Below, piece after piece: positions 20,538 to 31,796 of a stretch of 64,000 nucleotides of DNA (its first letter is position 1; every line of letters begins with the position of its first letter). The position numbers and the translations under genes are program-made. Location: assembly GCA_963665125.2 (NCBI GenBank), contig CAXXUK010000001.1, forward strand, positions 3,008,001-3,072,000. The letters are read 5' to 3'. The notes under the pieces are model-generated. The model searched no databases. It was given only the letters and a program-made list of their open reading frames with translations, and was not told where the DNA came from. The stretch comes from an uncultured Desulfarculus sp. (GTDB lineage: Bacteria; Desulfobacterota; Desulfarculia; Desulfarculales; Desulfarculaceae).

Positions 20538-20612
20538 TCGCAGGCGGGCACCGAAGAGGGGGCTCTTTTCGAGCTGTTACATGAATCTCGCAATCGAAAG
20601 GCAAAGCATCAA

Positions 20613-20999
20613 ATGACTCGCAAAGACATCAAGACCAAGCTGAATCCCGCCCTGGGGCTGACTTTTTTAATTGTGGGAGTGACAGGCATTTTATTGCTGT
20701 TTCACATACAGGGCGGCGGAATCAAATTTTTACACGAATGGATGAGCGTAGGATTCCTCGTACTGTGCGTTGCGCACCTGATTATAAATTGGAAGGCCTT
20801 TGTCGCCTTTATGAAGGGTGGCCCGGTCATCGCATCAATCGTCGCGGTCTGCTTGTTGTCAGGCCTGTTGTTGATCGGCGGCCAGGGCCACGACGGCCGG
20901 GGCCCGAACGCGAATGCAGGTTACGGCTATGCCAACCGCTTGGGAAACGGCCCAATGCTTGGGCTCCCAGGTCGCGGGCAGCACTCAACGCACCGATAA
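20613..20999 (+). CDS. DUF4405-like membrane protein (cytochrome b-type His residues)
   Basis: GVTGILLLFH, LHEW, AHL.INW; the C-terminus runs into the tandem repeat. Confidence 0.75.
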   Translation: MTRKDIKTKLNPALGLTFLIVGVTGILLLFHIQGGGIKFLHEWMSVGFLVLCVAHLIINWKAFVAFMKGGPVIASIVAVCLLSGLLLIGGQGHDGRGPNANAGYGYANRLGNGPMLGLPGRGQHSTHR

Positions 21000-21147
21000 C
21001 CCCCCGTGGCCCCGGCCGGGCAATCCATCTTGGCATTATCGGCCCAATGCTTGGGCTCCCAGGTCGCGGGCAGCACTCAACGCACCGATACCCCCCGTGG
21101 CCCCGGCCGGGCAAACCATCTTGGCATTATCGGCCCAAGACTTGGGC
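20948..21147. repeat. Tandem repeat, about 2.2 x 92/91 bp (module R2, reverse orientation)
   Basis: Units start at 20948, 21040 and 21131 (CGGCCCAATGCTTGGGC...). Confidence 0.95.
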
Positions 21148-21188
21148 GGCATCTCATTGCCCCCCCGGCAGCCAGCCGGGGGCTTTGT

Positions 21189-21812
21189 TCATGCGGGGTT
21201 TATGGCAAAGTAGTCCTTGATCCCGGCCAACACGCTGGCCACGGCCACCGAGGCCAGGATCAGACCCATCACCCGGCTGATGATGTTGGCTCCGCTCTTG
21301 CCCAAAAGGCGGAAAACCCTATCCGAGGCCAGCATCAGCAACAGGGTCAGCAGCAGGACCAGCACCATCATCCCGGCGGTGTAGGCCTGTTCCACAATTG
21401 CGAAACGGTCGTTTTCGGTGAGCAGCACCGCCGCCAACATGGCACCGGGGCTGGCGATGGATGGTATGGCCAAGGGGAATACAGCCTCCTCAGTGCCCTT
21501 GTCGACCATTTTCATCTCTTCTTCGGGCTTGCTGTCGCCAAAGATCATTGAGAGGGCAAAAATCAGCAGGACGATACCCCCGGCGATTTCGAAGGCCTCC
21601 AGGGGAATGCTCATGGCCCTGAGGATGATCTCGCCGGCGGCCACGAAAAACAGCAAGATCAGCGCGGCGATGAGGGTGGCCTTGATGGCGATGCGCCGTT
21701 TGTATTGCTTGTCGTATTTCCTGGTGACGGCGATGAACACCGGCACCGTGCCGATGGGGTCGATGACGGCAAAGAAAAAGACGAACGTCGCGATAAGGTC
21801 TTCCAACGCCAA
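21189..21812 (-). CDS. MarC family membrane protein
   Basis: IDPIGTVPVF, IAGG, PLAIPSIASPG, RVMGLIL. Confidence 0.93.
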   Translation of the reverse strand: MALEDLIATFVFFFAVIDPIGTVPVFIAVTRKYDKQYKRRIAIKATLIAALILLFFVAAGEIILRAMSIPLEAFEIAGGIVLLIFALSMIFGDSKPEEEMKMVDKGTEEAVFPLAIPSIASPGAMLAAVLLTENDRFAIVEQAYTAGMMVLVLLLTLLLMLASDRVFRLLGKSGANIISRVMGLILASVAVASVLAGIKDYFAINPA

Positions 21813-22311
21813 CTCCGGACCAAGGTCAACCGATGTAAAAAATAATGATAATGATTACATGACCAGGCCAACTACACCAGAAGTTTCTACGGAAAACCTG
21901 CCCAATACCTGCGCTTCCGTGGCGGCGGCAGCGTTCATTGCTTGGATATGCGTCTGTGGCCTCGGGCATACGATCTAGGCTATTTCCCCTTGGCTTCAGT
22001 TTTTTCCGGCGTAGGTGTCCTATCGAACGCAGTGCCGACGCGAGCTTTCTGGAAAAACTAATATTCCCCTGGGGGAAGTGGGCCCCCCTTTCGACAAAGG
22101 TGGTCCCCGTCTCCCCCCAGACCCCGCCTCCCCCCTCCAAATGACGTTGCCTCGAGTTGGGTCTGAGGTTCCCTGGGATATGCTGGAATTTGGAGATATT
22201 CAGTGCGTGTTGGCGAGTGGTATTGCTTGTCTCAGGCTAGCTTACAACACGAGTCGGCGTGGGAGACTGCGCTCGATCATAGGCATGGGGCCGGTTGGGT
22301 CGGACGGCACC

Positions 22312-22458
22312 AGCAACACCGCTGTTTTATGAATTGTCGGCCAGGGATGACCGACCCGGCGCAGCGCGAAGCCATGCGCCGTGAGCTCCGGATCGGATTT
22401 GCTCCGTCCGGGGCGCTGTTTCTCGGGCCAAGGACGGCCCGAGAAACAAGAAATCATA
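22312..22458. repeat. Structured dispersed repeat, module R1, copy B (inverted)
   Basis: Reverse complement aligns to 9286-9414 and 36200-36346. Confidence 0.9.
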
Positions 22459-22499
22459 CGGGGGCGCGAGGAGCCGCCCATGCGGCCCCCCGGACCTGC

Positions 22500-23669
<1,170 letters not shown>

Positions 23670-23769
23670 CCGCTCCCTCCAATGAGAGAAGGTTGGTTCA
23701 CACCCGCGGTTAATATCTTTTTTTACGGCGTCCGCCCCCGCGAGGACCCGGTGCGGGAACGGGCGCCTG

Positions 23770-25533
23770 TCAATTGATCAACGATTTGGGCGCCTCTATG
23801 ACCTTGGCCCTCAGATACTCGCCCAGGGTCTTGGCCTGGGGATCGGCCTTGGTGGAGGCTGCCACGCCGTCGCCCAAAAAGCCCTTGATGTAGAAGTTCA
23901 GGGCCAACAGGTTGGGCAATTCGTAGCGTTCGGTTTCAAAGGGCGCGCAGTCGGGCATAAGCTCGCCCAGCTTTTCGGTGGTCAGATACTGGCGCAGGAA
24001 GGCGAAGGCCTCGGGCGTCTTGGCCCATACGCCCAGGTTGGCGTTGCCGCCCTTGTCGCCGCTGCGGGTTGCATAGAGCCTGCCCAGGGGAACGCGGGCG
24101 GTCTCGCCGCCGGGCGCGGCCGGGATGTCCACCGCCGCGGGGGCCACGTCGCCCGCCGGGGTGCCCGGACCGGCCGCGGGCACGTCTATCTGCTTGCCGC
24201 CGACGAACACGCTCTGGGTGATCTTGTCCACGCCGATGAGCGCGGGCCAGTGCTGGATGGCCGGGCTGCCCGGGCTGGGCGGGCTGGTCAGGGTGAAGCC
24301 GGGGATATTGGCCAGGGCCAGTTCCACCACGGCGCTGCTGAAGGCGCGGCCCACCTTGTTCTTGTCCGGGTCCAGCAGGCTGACGCGCAGTTGGGCCCAG
24401 GCCTCCTCGTTGATGGGCGGGTCGGCCTTGTCGTAGCGCAGAAGCTGCACGTCGCACACAGCGAACTGGTCCTTGGGGCCAAGGAGGTCAAACAGGCAGT
24501 CCTCGACAATTTTGGCCTTTTTCTCGACATCCAGGCCGGTCAAAAGCACGGTCATGGAGTTGCGGTGGCCAAAGAGGTTGTTGATGCAGACCTTGGTGGT
24601 GTCCGGGGCCGGGCTGCCCTTGATCCCGCTGACCAGCACCCGGTCCGGGGCCTCCTGGGTCAAATTGATGGTGTCGAAATGGGCTGTGACGTCCGGGGTC
24701 AGATAGCCCGGTCCGCGCACCTCGTACATGAGTTGGGCAGTGACAGTGCCCACCGAGACCAGGCCTCCGGTGCCGGGATGCTTGGTGATCACCGACGAGC
24801 CGTCGGCGTGCATCTCGGCGATGGGGAAGCCCACGTTTCTAAACTCCGGCACTTCCTCGAAAAACGAGTAATTGCCGCCCGTGGCCTGGCAGCCGCACTC
24901 GATGATGTGCCCGGCCACGGCGGCACCGGCCAGGGCGTCCCAGTCATCGCGCTTCCAGCCGAAGTGCCAGGCCGCCGGGCCCATGACCACCGCGGCATCG
25001 GCCACTCTGCCGGTCACCACGATATCGGCGCCGTTGTTCAAGGCCTCCACCACGCCCCAGCCGCCCAGATAGGCGTTGGCCGAGATGGGCATCAGGCCGC
25101 TGTCGAACAGGGATGTGCCCTTGTCCAGGTGATTGAGCGTTTCGCCTTGGGCTTTTAGGTCGTTCAGGCGCGGGGCCAAGTCGTCGCCGGTGATATAGGC
25201 CACCTTGGGGCTCAGGCCCAATTGCCCGGCCACCTGCTCGATGGCCTGGGCCAGACCCTTGGGATTGAGGCCGCCGGCATTGGAGACGATCTTGATGCCC
25301 TTGTCCATGCACGCGCCCATGACCTGCTCCACCTGCTTGAGGAAGGTGGAGGCGTATCCGCCGTCGGGATTCTTGGCCTTGGTGCGCAGCAGGATGGCCA
25401 TGGTCAGTTCGGCCAGGTAGTCGCCGGTGAGGAAATCAATGGGCCCGCCCTCGACCATTTCCTTGGCCGCGCTGAAGCGGTCCCCGAAAAAGCCGCTGCA
25501 ATTGGCGATGATCAGCTTGTCTTTATCCGCCAC
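23770..25533 (-). CDS. atuA: Acyclic terpene utilization AtuA family protein
   Basis: NCSGFFGDR, DYLAELTM, NAYLG, TGRVAD, HIIECG.QATGG, RSGDKG, DPQAK. Confidence 0.9.
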   Translation of the reverse strand: MADKDKLIIANCSGFFGDRFSAAKEMVEGGPIDFLTGDYLAELTMAILLRTKAKNPDGGYASTFLKQVEQVMGACMDKGIKIVSNAGGLNPKGLAQAIEQVAGQLGLSPKVAYITGDDLAPRLNDLKAQGETLNHLDKGTSLFDSGLMPISANAYLGGWGVVEALNNGADIVVTGRVADAAVVMGPAAWHFGWKRDDWDALAGAAVAGHIIECGCQATGGNYSFFEEVPEFRNVGFPIAEMHADGSSVITKHPGTGGLVSVGTVTAQLMYEVRGPGYLTPDVTAHFDTINLTQEAPDRVLVSGIKGSPAPDTTKVCINNLFGHRNSMTVLLTGLDVEKKAKIVEDCLFDLLGPKDQFAVCDVQLLRYDKADPPINEEAWAQLRVSLLDPDKNKVGRAFSSAVVELALANIPGFTLTSPPSPGSPAIQHWPALIGVDKITQSVFVGGKQIDVPAAGPGTPAGDVAPAAVDIPAAPGGETARVPLGRLYATRSGDKGGNANLGVWAKTPEAFAFLRQYLTTEKLGELMPDCAPFETERYELPNLLALNFYIKGFLGDGVAASTKADPQAKTLGEYLRAKVIEAPKSLIN

Positions 25534-25548
25534 TTTTTGCCTCCCCCG

Positions 25549-26325
25549 CTACTTTCCGGTGAAATTGGGCTGGCGTTTTTCCAGGAAGGCCATGATGCCC
25601 TCTTTGGCGTCCTCGGTCTTGGCCGCCTTGATCAGCGTCAGGCTGAGATCCTGGAGCCCCTCTTCCAGGGGCATGTCGATGAGCCTGCGGAAGGCCTCCA
25701 GGCCCAGGCGCATGCCCACCGGGCTGCGCGAGGCCAGGCCGGTTAGCAAATCGTCCACATGGGCCTCGAAGGCGGCAGGGTCAACGGCGGTGGTGATCAT
25801 GCCGATGCGCTCGGCCTCGTCGGGCAAAACCTTGCGGCCGGTCAACGAGATCTCCACGGCCTTTTTCCAGGTCAGGTTGCGGTACAAAAGCGCGCCGACC
25901 ATGAACGGGAAGATGCCCACGTTTATCTCGGGCAAACGGAAGAACACGTCCGAACGGGCTACCACGATGTGGCTGGCCAGCATCAGGCCGGTGCCTCCGG
26001 CCAGGCAGGGCCCGGCCACCCTGGCCACGATGGGCTTGCCGAATCCGGCCATCTTGGCCAAGAGCGCCGCGTAACGCCGGGGCGGGCTGGATTCATCCTC
26101 GGGCGCGCCGGACAGGCCGCCGCCCAGGTCCGCGCCCGAGCAAAAGGCCTTTTCGCCCGTTCCTGTCAGGCAGATCACCCGCACCTCGTCGTTTTTGTCC
26201 AGCTCATCCAGGTACTTGTGGAAGGCCTCGATCATTCCCGGGCTCAGGGCGTTGCGCTTGGCCTCGCGGTTGAGGGTGATGATGGCGATGCGGTCTTTGA
26301 TTTCCAGCAGCAGCTCATCACTCAT
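25549..26325 (-). CDS. Enoyl-CoA hydratase (methylglutaconyl-CoA hydratase/AtuE-like)
   Basis: KRNAL, FCSGADL, LAGG.GL, LPE..GI, EG..AF.EKR; operon context. Confidence 0.85.
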   Translation of the reverse strand: MSDELLLEIKDRIAIITLNREAKRNALSPGMIEAFHKYLDELDKNDEVRVICLTGTGEKAFCSGADLGGGLSGAPEDESSPPRRYAALLAKMAGFGKPIVARVAGPCLAGGTGLMLASHIVVARSDVFFRLPEINVGIFPFMVGALLYRNLTWKKAVEISLTGRKVLPDEAERIGMITTAVDPAAFEAHVDDLLTGLASRSPVGMRLGLEAFRRLIDMPLEEGLQDLSLTLIKAAKTEDAKEGIMAFLEKRQPNFTGK

Positions 26326-26839
26326 CGGAGGCCTCCTCTTCGTCGGCGGCTATATCCACCAGGATCTCGCCGGGCATGACCTGGCCGTCCACGGCGCAGT
26401 TGATGCCCGTGACCGTACCGGCATAGGGCGCGGCCAGGGTGGTCTCCATTTTCATGGCGCTGACCACCACCAGGCCCTGGCCCTTGTCCACGTGGTCGCC
26501 CACGGCGCAGTTGATGCGAACCACCACCGCGGGCATGGGCGGGGTGACCTCTCCGGGCCCGTTGCCGGAACTGGACTTGCGGCGGGCCGGGGCCTTGTCG
26601 ATGTCCTTTATCAGATAGACCCGGCCACCCGCGTGTACCCAACCGCCCTCCTCGGTGGGGGCGTAAAAGGCGCGAACGTTCTTGCCGTCGACCACCAGGT
26701 TCAGGCCGCCGTCGGGCAGGCGCTTGTAGGCCACCCGGCTGGCGCTGCCGCCGATGGTCATGGTCGCGCCGCAGCCGCCCGTGCCGGTTTCCACCTGCAC
26801 TTCCACCATTTCTTCTGCTATTTCAAGACGATAGTCCAA
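26318..26839 (-). CDS. Biotin carboxyl carrier subunit
   Basis: PMP..V, SAMKME biotinylation motif. Confidence 0.9.
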   Translation of the reverse strand: MDYRLEIAEEMVEVQVETGTGGCGATMTIGGSASRVAYKRLPDGGLNLVVDGKNVRAFYAPTEEGGWVHAGGRVYLIKDIDKAPARRKSSSGNGPGEVTPPMPAVVVRINCAVGDHVDKGQGLVVVSAMKMETTLAAPYAGTVTGINCAVDGQVMPGEILVDIAADEEEASDE

Positions 26840-26864
26840 GATTTAACTCCCCCGTAGCCTTTCG

Positions 26865-28559
26865 TCAGCGCAGGACTTTCTTGTCCACCTTGCCCACGGA
26901 AGTCAACGGAATTTGGTCTATGAATTCAACGATTTTAGGCACTTTGTACGGAGCCACCTGCTCCTTGATGAAGCTGATCAGTTCGGCCTCGACTTCCGCC
27001 GCCGGCTTTTGCTTGTATGACGGGTTGAGCTGTGCCACCAGCTTGACGATTTCCGAGCCGATGCGTTTTTCGTCCTTTATACCCACCACCGCACAGGCAT
27101 CCACGGCCGGGTGGGTATAAAATTTTTCTTCCACTTCCCTGGGGAAGACCTTGTAGCCGCTGACATTGACCATGTCCTTGGTGCGGTCGACGATGTACAG
27201 GTATCCGTCGGAGTCCATGGTGGCCACGTCGCCGGTGTGCATCCAGATCTCGCCGTCGTGCTCCCTGAGCGCGGAGGCCGACTCCTCGGGCTTGTTGTGA
27301 TAGCCCCGCATAACCTGAGGGCCGCAGACGATCATCTCGCCCTCATCGCCCAGAGGCACATCCTCGTTGCCCTCGGCCAAATCCATCAGCCGGACCTTGG
27401 TCGAGGGGATGGGCAAGCCCACCGAACCGGCCTTTTTGGGACCGAAAACAGGGTTACAGGCCACAACCGGGCTGGTCTCGGTCATGCCCACCAACTCCGA
27501 TATCTTGCCCTTGCCGATAATGGACTCCAGGGCGTTGAGCGACTCCACGGGCATCGGCGCGGCGGCGGTGATGCAGACATTGAGTTCGCTGAAGTCCAGC
27601 TCCTTGAAGCCGGGCTCGCTCATCAGCATCATCCACAGCGAGGGCACGTTGGCCATGAAATTGGGCTTGAAATCCCGCATCTGCTGGACAAGGTAGGCTG
27701 AGTTGCGCGGATCGGGCACCAGGGACTGGGTTCCGGCGTACATCAGGGCATTGAAGGCCAGAATCAGACCCGCGATGTGGAACATCGGATAGCCCGAAAG
27801 ATAACGTCCCTCACCCATCACGGCCTTGTACCAGAAACCAAACTGGGTCAGGTTGCTAAGCAGGTTGCCGTGGGTCAGCTCGGCGCCCTTGGGCAGGCCG
27901 GTGGTGCCGCCGGTGTACTGTATGAACGCCAGATCGGTGGTGTCCAATATCACGTCCACGTTTTTAGCCGGATAATTTTGCAGGGCCTTGCGGAAGTCCA
28001 TCACCGCCTTGCCGGGCACAGGTTCGATCTTGCCCGTGGGCACCTTTTTCAACAGCTTGGCCAGCGTCTTTTTAAGGCCCGGCAGATAGTCGGCGATATT
28101 TGTGGCCAGAATCAACTTCAGGCCGGGCATTTCACCGGCCACGCCCTTGACCCGCTCGGCGAACAAGGCGTCCAGGGTCACCAGGGCCTTGGCCCCGCTG
28201 TCGTTGATCTGGTGCACGATCTCCTTGGGCATCAGCAGCGGAGACACGCCGGTGACCGCCGAGCCGTTGATCAGGGCTCCCAGGGCGGCGATGACGTACT
28301 GGGGCGTGTTTGGCAGGTTTATGCCCACCACGTCGCCCTTGCCGATGCCGTGCTCCCGCAGACAGGTCGCGAAGCTTCTGGCCGCGGCGTTGAGCTGATT
28401 GAAGGTCATGGAGGAACCCATGAAGTGAAACGCGGTCTTGTCGCCGAAATTACCCACCACTTCCTTGAATCGCGAGGCCAGCGAACCTGTCACAGGATCG
28501 ATCTGCGGCGGCACGCCTTTGTCATAGGATTTTAGCCACATACTCGGTTCGTACTTCAT
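26865..28559 (-). CDS. Acyl-CoA synthetase (long-chain fatty acid--CoA ligase family)
   Basis: YTGGTTGLPKG, GMTETSP, TGD, DR.KD, GKVDK. Confidence 0.93.
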   Translation of the reverse strand: MKYEPSMWLKSYDKGVPPQIDPVTGSLASRFKEVVGNFGDKTAFHFMGSSMTFNQLNAAARSFATCLREHGIGKGDVVGINLPNTPQYVIAALGALINGSAVTGVSPLLMPKEIVHQINDSGAKALVTLDALFAERVKGVAGEMPGLKLILATNIADYLPGLKKTLAKLLKKVPTGKIEPVPGKAVMDFRKALQNYPAKNVDVILDTTDLAFIQYTGGTTGLPKGAELTHGNLLSNLTQFGFWYKAVMGEGRYLSGYPMFHIAGLILAFNALMYAGTQSLVPDPRNSAYLVQQMRDFKPNFMANVPSLWMMLMSEPGFKELDFSELNVCITAAAPMPVESLNALESIIGKGKISELVGMTETSPVVACNPVFGPKKAGSVGLPIPSTKVRLMDLAEGNEDVPLGDEGEMIVCGPQVMRGYHNKPEESASALREHDGEIWMHTGDVATMDSDGYLYIVDRTKDMVNVSGYKVFPREVEEKFYTHPAVDACAVVGIKDEKRIGSEIVKLVAQLNPSYKQKPAAEVEAELISFIKEQVAPYKVPKIVEFIDQIPLTSVGKVDKKVLR

Positions 28560-28601
28560 GGTTTCCTCCCCACCCCCAAGTGAATGTTGTGAAGGCCGTT
28601 G

Positions 28602-30095
28602 TTACAAGCGCCATCCTCCCAGGGTCTGCCAGGGAGACGGAACGCCTTGGGCCTTGGCCGTACCTCCGGCGGTGGTCGCGGCGGCCTGAGTCATCTCACC
28701 CACGATGTAGGCCATGCGCGCCAGATCGGCCTGGTCCTCGGACTGTTTCCAGCCTTCAAAATGTTTTGGTATGAAGTCGGTGAAGGTCTCACCGGCTATG
28801 AACTGCTCGCTTTCCAGCACATCGATCAGGAAGGGAATCGATGTCTTCACGCCCAGCACGGCATAGTTTTGCAGGGCGCGGATCATCCGCCGCCTGGCCG
28901 CCTCCCGGGTGGAGCCATAGGTCACCAGCTTGGCCAGGATGGGGTCGTAGTTCATGGGCACGTCAAAGCCCTCGTACACGCCGCAGTCATTGCGCACGCC
29001 TGGCCCGCAAGGCTCGCGGTGCACCAATAGCTTGCCCGGCGAGGGGAAGAAGTCGGCCTCGGGGTCTTCGGCGTAGACGCGGCATTCGATGGCGTGGCCC
29101 CGCTGGGTCAGGTCTTCCTGGCTGAAGGGCAGTTCGGCCCCGGCGGCCACCTCGATCATCACCCGCACCAGGTCGTGGCCCGTGGTCATCTCGGTGATGG
29201 GGTGTTCCACCTGAAGCCTTGTGTTGACCTCCAGGAAGTAGAAGTTCTTGCCTTCGTGATCCAGCAGGAACTCCACCGTGCCCGCGCCCACGTAACCGGC
29301 GGCCTTGGCCGCGGCCACGGCCGCGGCGCCCATCTTGGCCCGCAGCTCCGGCGTCAGGGCTACGCTGGGCGTCTCCTCGACGATCTTTTGGTGGCGGCGC
29401 TGGATGGAGCATTCGCGCTCGAACAGATGCACGGCATTGCCCTTGGTGTCGGCCATGATCTGGATCTCCACATGGCGCGGCTGCACCAGGTTTTTCTCAA
29501 GATAGACCCGGCCGTCGCCAAAGGCCTTGAGGGCCTCGGAGCAGGCGGCGGCGCAGGCCTCGGCCATGTCCTCGGCCTGGGTGACGGCCCTCATGCCCTT
29601 GCCGCCGCCGCCGGCCGTGGCCTTGATCAACACCGGGTAGCCCATCTTTTCGGCCTCGGCCAGGATCACGGCCTTTTCCGTTGTTGATTCGAGCATGCCG
29701 GGTATGACGGGCACCCCGGCCTTTTCCATGATCCGGCGGGCCTGGGTCTTGGAGCCCAGTTCCCGGATGACCTTGCCCGAAGGACCGACAAACACCACCC
29801 CGGCCTTTTTGCAGGCGTCGGCGAATCCGGCGTTCTCGGCCAGGAAGCCGTAGCCCGGATGAATGGCCTCGGCCCCGGTCTTTTTGGCCGCATCCAGGAT
29901 CTTTTCAATATTGAGATAGCTTGCCGCGGGTTCGGGTTCGCCCAGATTGACGGCCTCGTCGGCCTCCATCACGTGCAGGGCCGTTTTATCCACCTCGGAA
30001 TACACGGCCACGGTGGCGATGCCCATTTCACGGCAGGTGCGCATGATGCGCACGGCGATCTCGCCTCGGTTGGCGATCAGTATTTTCTTGAACAT
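28602..30095 (-). CDS. Biotin carboxylase subunit of acyl-CoA carboxylase
   Basis: ANRGEIA, HPGYGFLAEN, ERECSIQRRHQK, EVNTRLQVEH. Confidence 0.96.
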   Translation of the reverse strand: MFKKILIANRGEIAVRIMRTCREMGIATVAVYSEVDKTALHVMEADEAVNLGEPEPAASYLNIEKILDAAKKTGAEAIHPGYGFLAENAGFADACKKAGVVFVGPSGKVIRELGSKTQARRIMEKAGVPVIPGMLESTTEKAVILAEAEKMGYPVLIKATAGGGGKGMRAVTQAEDMAEACAAACSEALKAFGDGRVYLEKNLVQPRHVEIQIMADTKGNAVHLFERECSIQRRHQKIVEETPSVALTPELRAKMGAAAVAAAKAAGYVGAGTVEFLLDHEGKNFYFLEVNTRLQVEHPITEMTTGHDLVRVMIEVAAGAELPFSQEDLTQRGHAIECRVYAEDPEADFFPSPGKLLVHREPCGPGVRNDCGVYEGFDVPMNYDPILAKLVTYGSTREAARRRMIRALQNYAVLGVKTSIPFLIDVLESEQFIAGETFTDFIPKHFEGWKQSEDQADLARMAYIVGEMTQAAATTAGGTAKAQGVPSPWQTLGGWRL

Positions 30096-30106
30096 AACCG
30101 CCTCCC

Positions 30107-31723
30107 CTACATCCTGAATACGCCGAAGCCCTGTTCACCAAGGTGATGCGGGCCGTTGAGCGAGGCGCTGATGGCCAGGCCCAGCACATCGCGGGTCTTG
30201 GCCGGGTCCACGATGCCGTCGTCCCAGAGCATGGAGGTGCTGTAATAGGCGTCTCCCTCGGCCTTGGCCGCCTGGACCACCGGAACCTTGATCATGTCCA
30301 TTTCCTCTTGGGTCATCGGCGGCTTGCCCTCGCGCTCGAGCTGGTCGTTTTTCACCGTGCACAAGACGCTGGCGGCCTGCTCACCGCCCATGACGCCGAT
30401 CTCGGCGTTGGGCCACATCCACAGGAACCGCGGCCCGTAGGCCCGGCCGCACATGCCGTAGTTGCCCGCGCCGAAGCTGGCGCCGACGATCATGGTGAAC
30501 TTGGGCACAGTGGCGCAGCTGACGGCGGCGACCATCTTGTGGCCGTCCTTGGTGATGCCGCCGCGCTCGTATTCGCGGCCGATGATGTATCCGTTGATGT
30601 TCTGCAGGAAGATCAGCGGAATGCCCCGGCGGTCGCAAAGCTGGATGAACTGGGTGGCCTTTTGGGAGCTTTCGCTGAACAGTACGCCGTTGTTGCCCAG
30701 GATGCCCACCGGGTAGCCGTGGATATAGGCCCAGCCGCAGACCAGGGTGGAGCCGAAACGCTCCTTGAATTCCAGGAACTCGCTGCCGTCGACCATGCGG
30801 GCGATGACCTCGCGCACGTCATAGGGCGTAGACAGTTTGGGCGGCACAACGCCCCAGATCTCCTGGGGGTCGTACAGCGGCGGCTTGGGCTGGCGCTGGC
30901 CCAGGTCGACTTTGTTGGCCGGGGGCAGGTTGCCGATGATGTCGCGCATGATCTGGATGGCGTGCTCGTCGTCTTCGGCAAAGTAGTCGCTGACGCCGGA
31001 CTCCCGGCAGTGCAGGTCGGCCCCGCCCAGTTCATCGGCGGTGACGATCTCGCCGGTGGCCGCCCGGACCAGGGGCGGGCCGCCCAGGAAGATGGCCCCG
31101 GACTTGTTTACATGCACCACGTCGTCGCTCATGGCCGGGACATAGGCCCCGCCGGCCGTGCACAGGCCGAAAACGCCGGTGATCTGGTGCACGCCCATCT
31201 TGGACATCAGGGCCTGGTTGTAAAAGGTGCGGCCGCCGTCGTCCTTGTCCGGGAAGATCTCCGATTGCAGGGGCAAAAACGCGCCTCCCGAGTCCACCAG
31301 GTTGATCATCGGCAGGCGGTTCTCCATGGCGATTTCCTGGGCCCGCAGGCTCTTCTTGACGCCGATGGGATAGACCGTGCCGCCCTTGATCATGAAGTCG
31401 TTGCCGCTGATCAGGCATTCCCGGCCCATGATCGTGCCGATACCCACCACCATGCCCGCGCCGTGGACCTTCTTGTCATATTGGTTGCGGGCGGCCAGGG
31501 GCGCTATCTCCAAAAACGGCGTGTTGCGGTCCAGCAAAAGCTCCAGGCGTTTGCGCACGGGCAGCTTGTTCAGTTCCTTGGCCCGGTTCATGGCCTTTTC
31601 GCTGCGCTCGTTGGCCGCCTTGTCCAGCTCGGCGTTCAGGTCGGTGACGAGCCTTTCCATATGCTCGTAGTTGGCCTTGTATTCCGCGCTGTTGGTATCG
31701 ATCTTGGAATCAATTACCTGCAT
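30107..31723 (-). CDS. Carboxyltransferase subunit (methylcrotonyl/geranyl-CoA carboxylase beta)
   Basis: VDSGGAFLP.Q, CTAGGAY, GAGNYGMCGRA, MGGEQA, WDDG. Confidence 0.95.
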   Translation of the reverse strand: MQVIDSKIDTNSAEYKANYEHMERLVTDLNAELDKAANERSEKAMNRAKELNKLPVRKRLELLLDRNTPFLEIAPLAARNQYDKKVHGAGMVVGIGTIMGRECLISGNDFMIKGGTVYPIGVKKSLRAQEIAMENRLPMINLVDSGGAFLPLQSEIFPDKDDGGRTFYNQALMSKMGVHQITGVFGLCTAGGAYVPAMSDDVVHVNKSGAIFLGGPPLVRAATGEIVTADELGGADLHCRESGVSDYFAEDDEHAIQIMRDIIGNLPPANKVDLGQRQPKPPLYDPQEIWGVVPPKLSTPYDVREVIARMVDGSEFLEFKERFGSTLVCGWAYIHGYPVGILGNNGVLFSESSQKATQFIQLCDRRGIPLIFLQNINGYIIGREYERGGITKDGHKMVAAVSCATVPKFTMIVGASFGAGNYGMCGRAYGPRFLWMWPNAEIGVMGGEQAASVLCTVKNDQLEREGKPPMTQEEMDMIKVPVVQAAKAEGDAYYSTSMLWDDGIVDPAKTRDVLGLAISASLNGPHHLGEQGFGVFRM

Positions 31724-31796
31724 ATCAATAAAGCCTTTTGTTTACTGTCGGTTGAGGTTCTCTGCGGCCGGGCGGGCCATGCCCGCCGGGGGCCTG

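Noticed and set aside
20948..21147. CRISPR array
   Set aside because: Whole 92-bp units are duplicated with no unique spacers, and there are no cas genes
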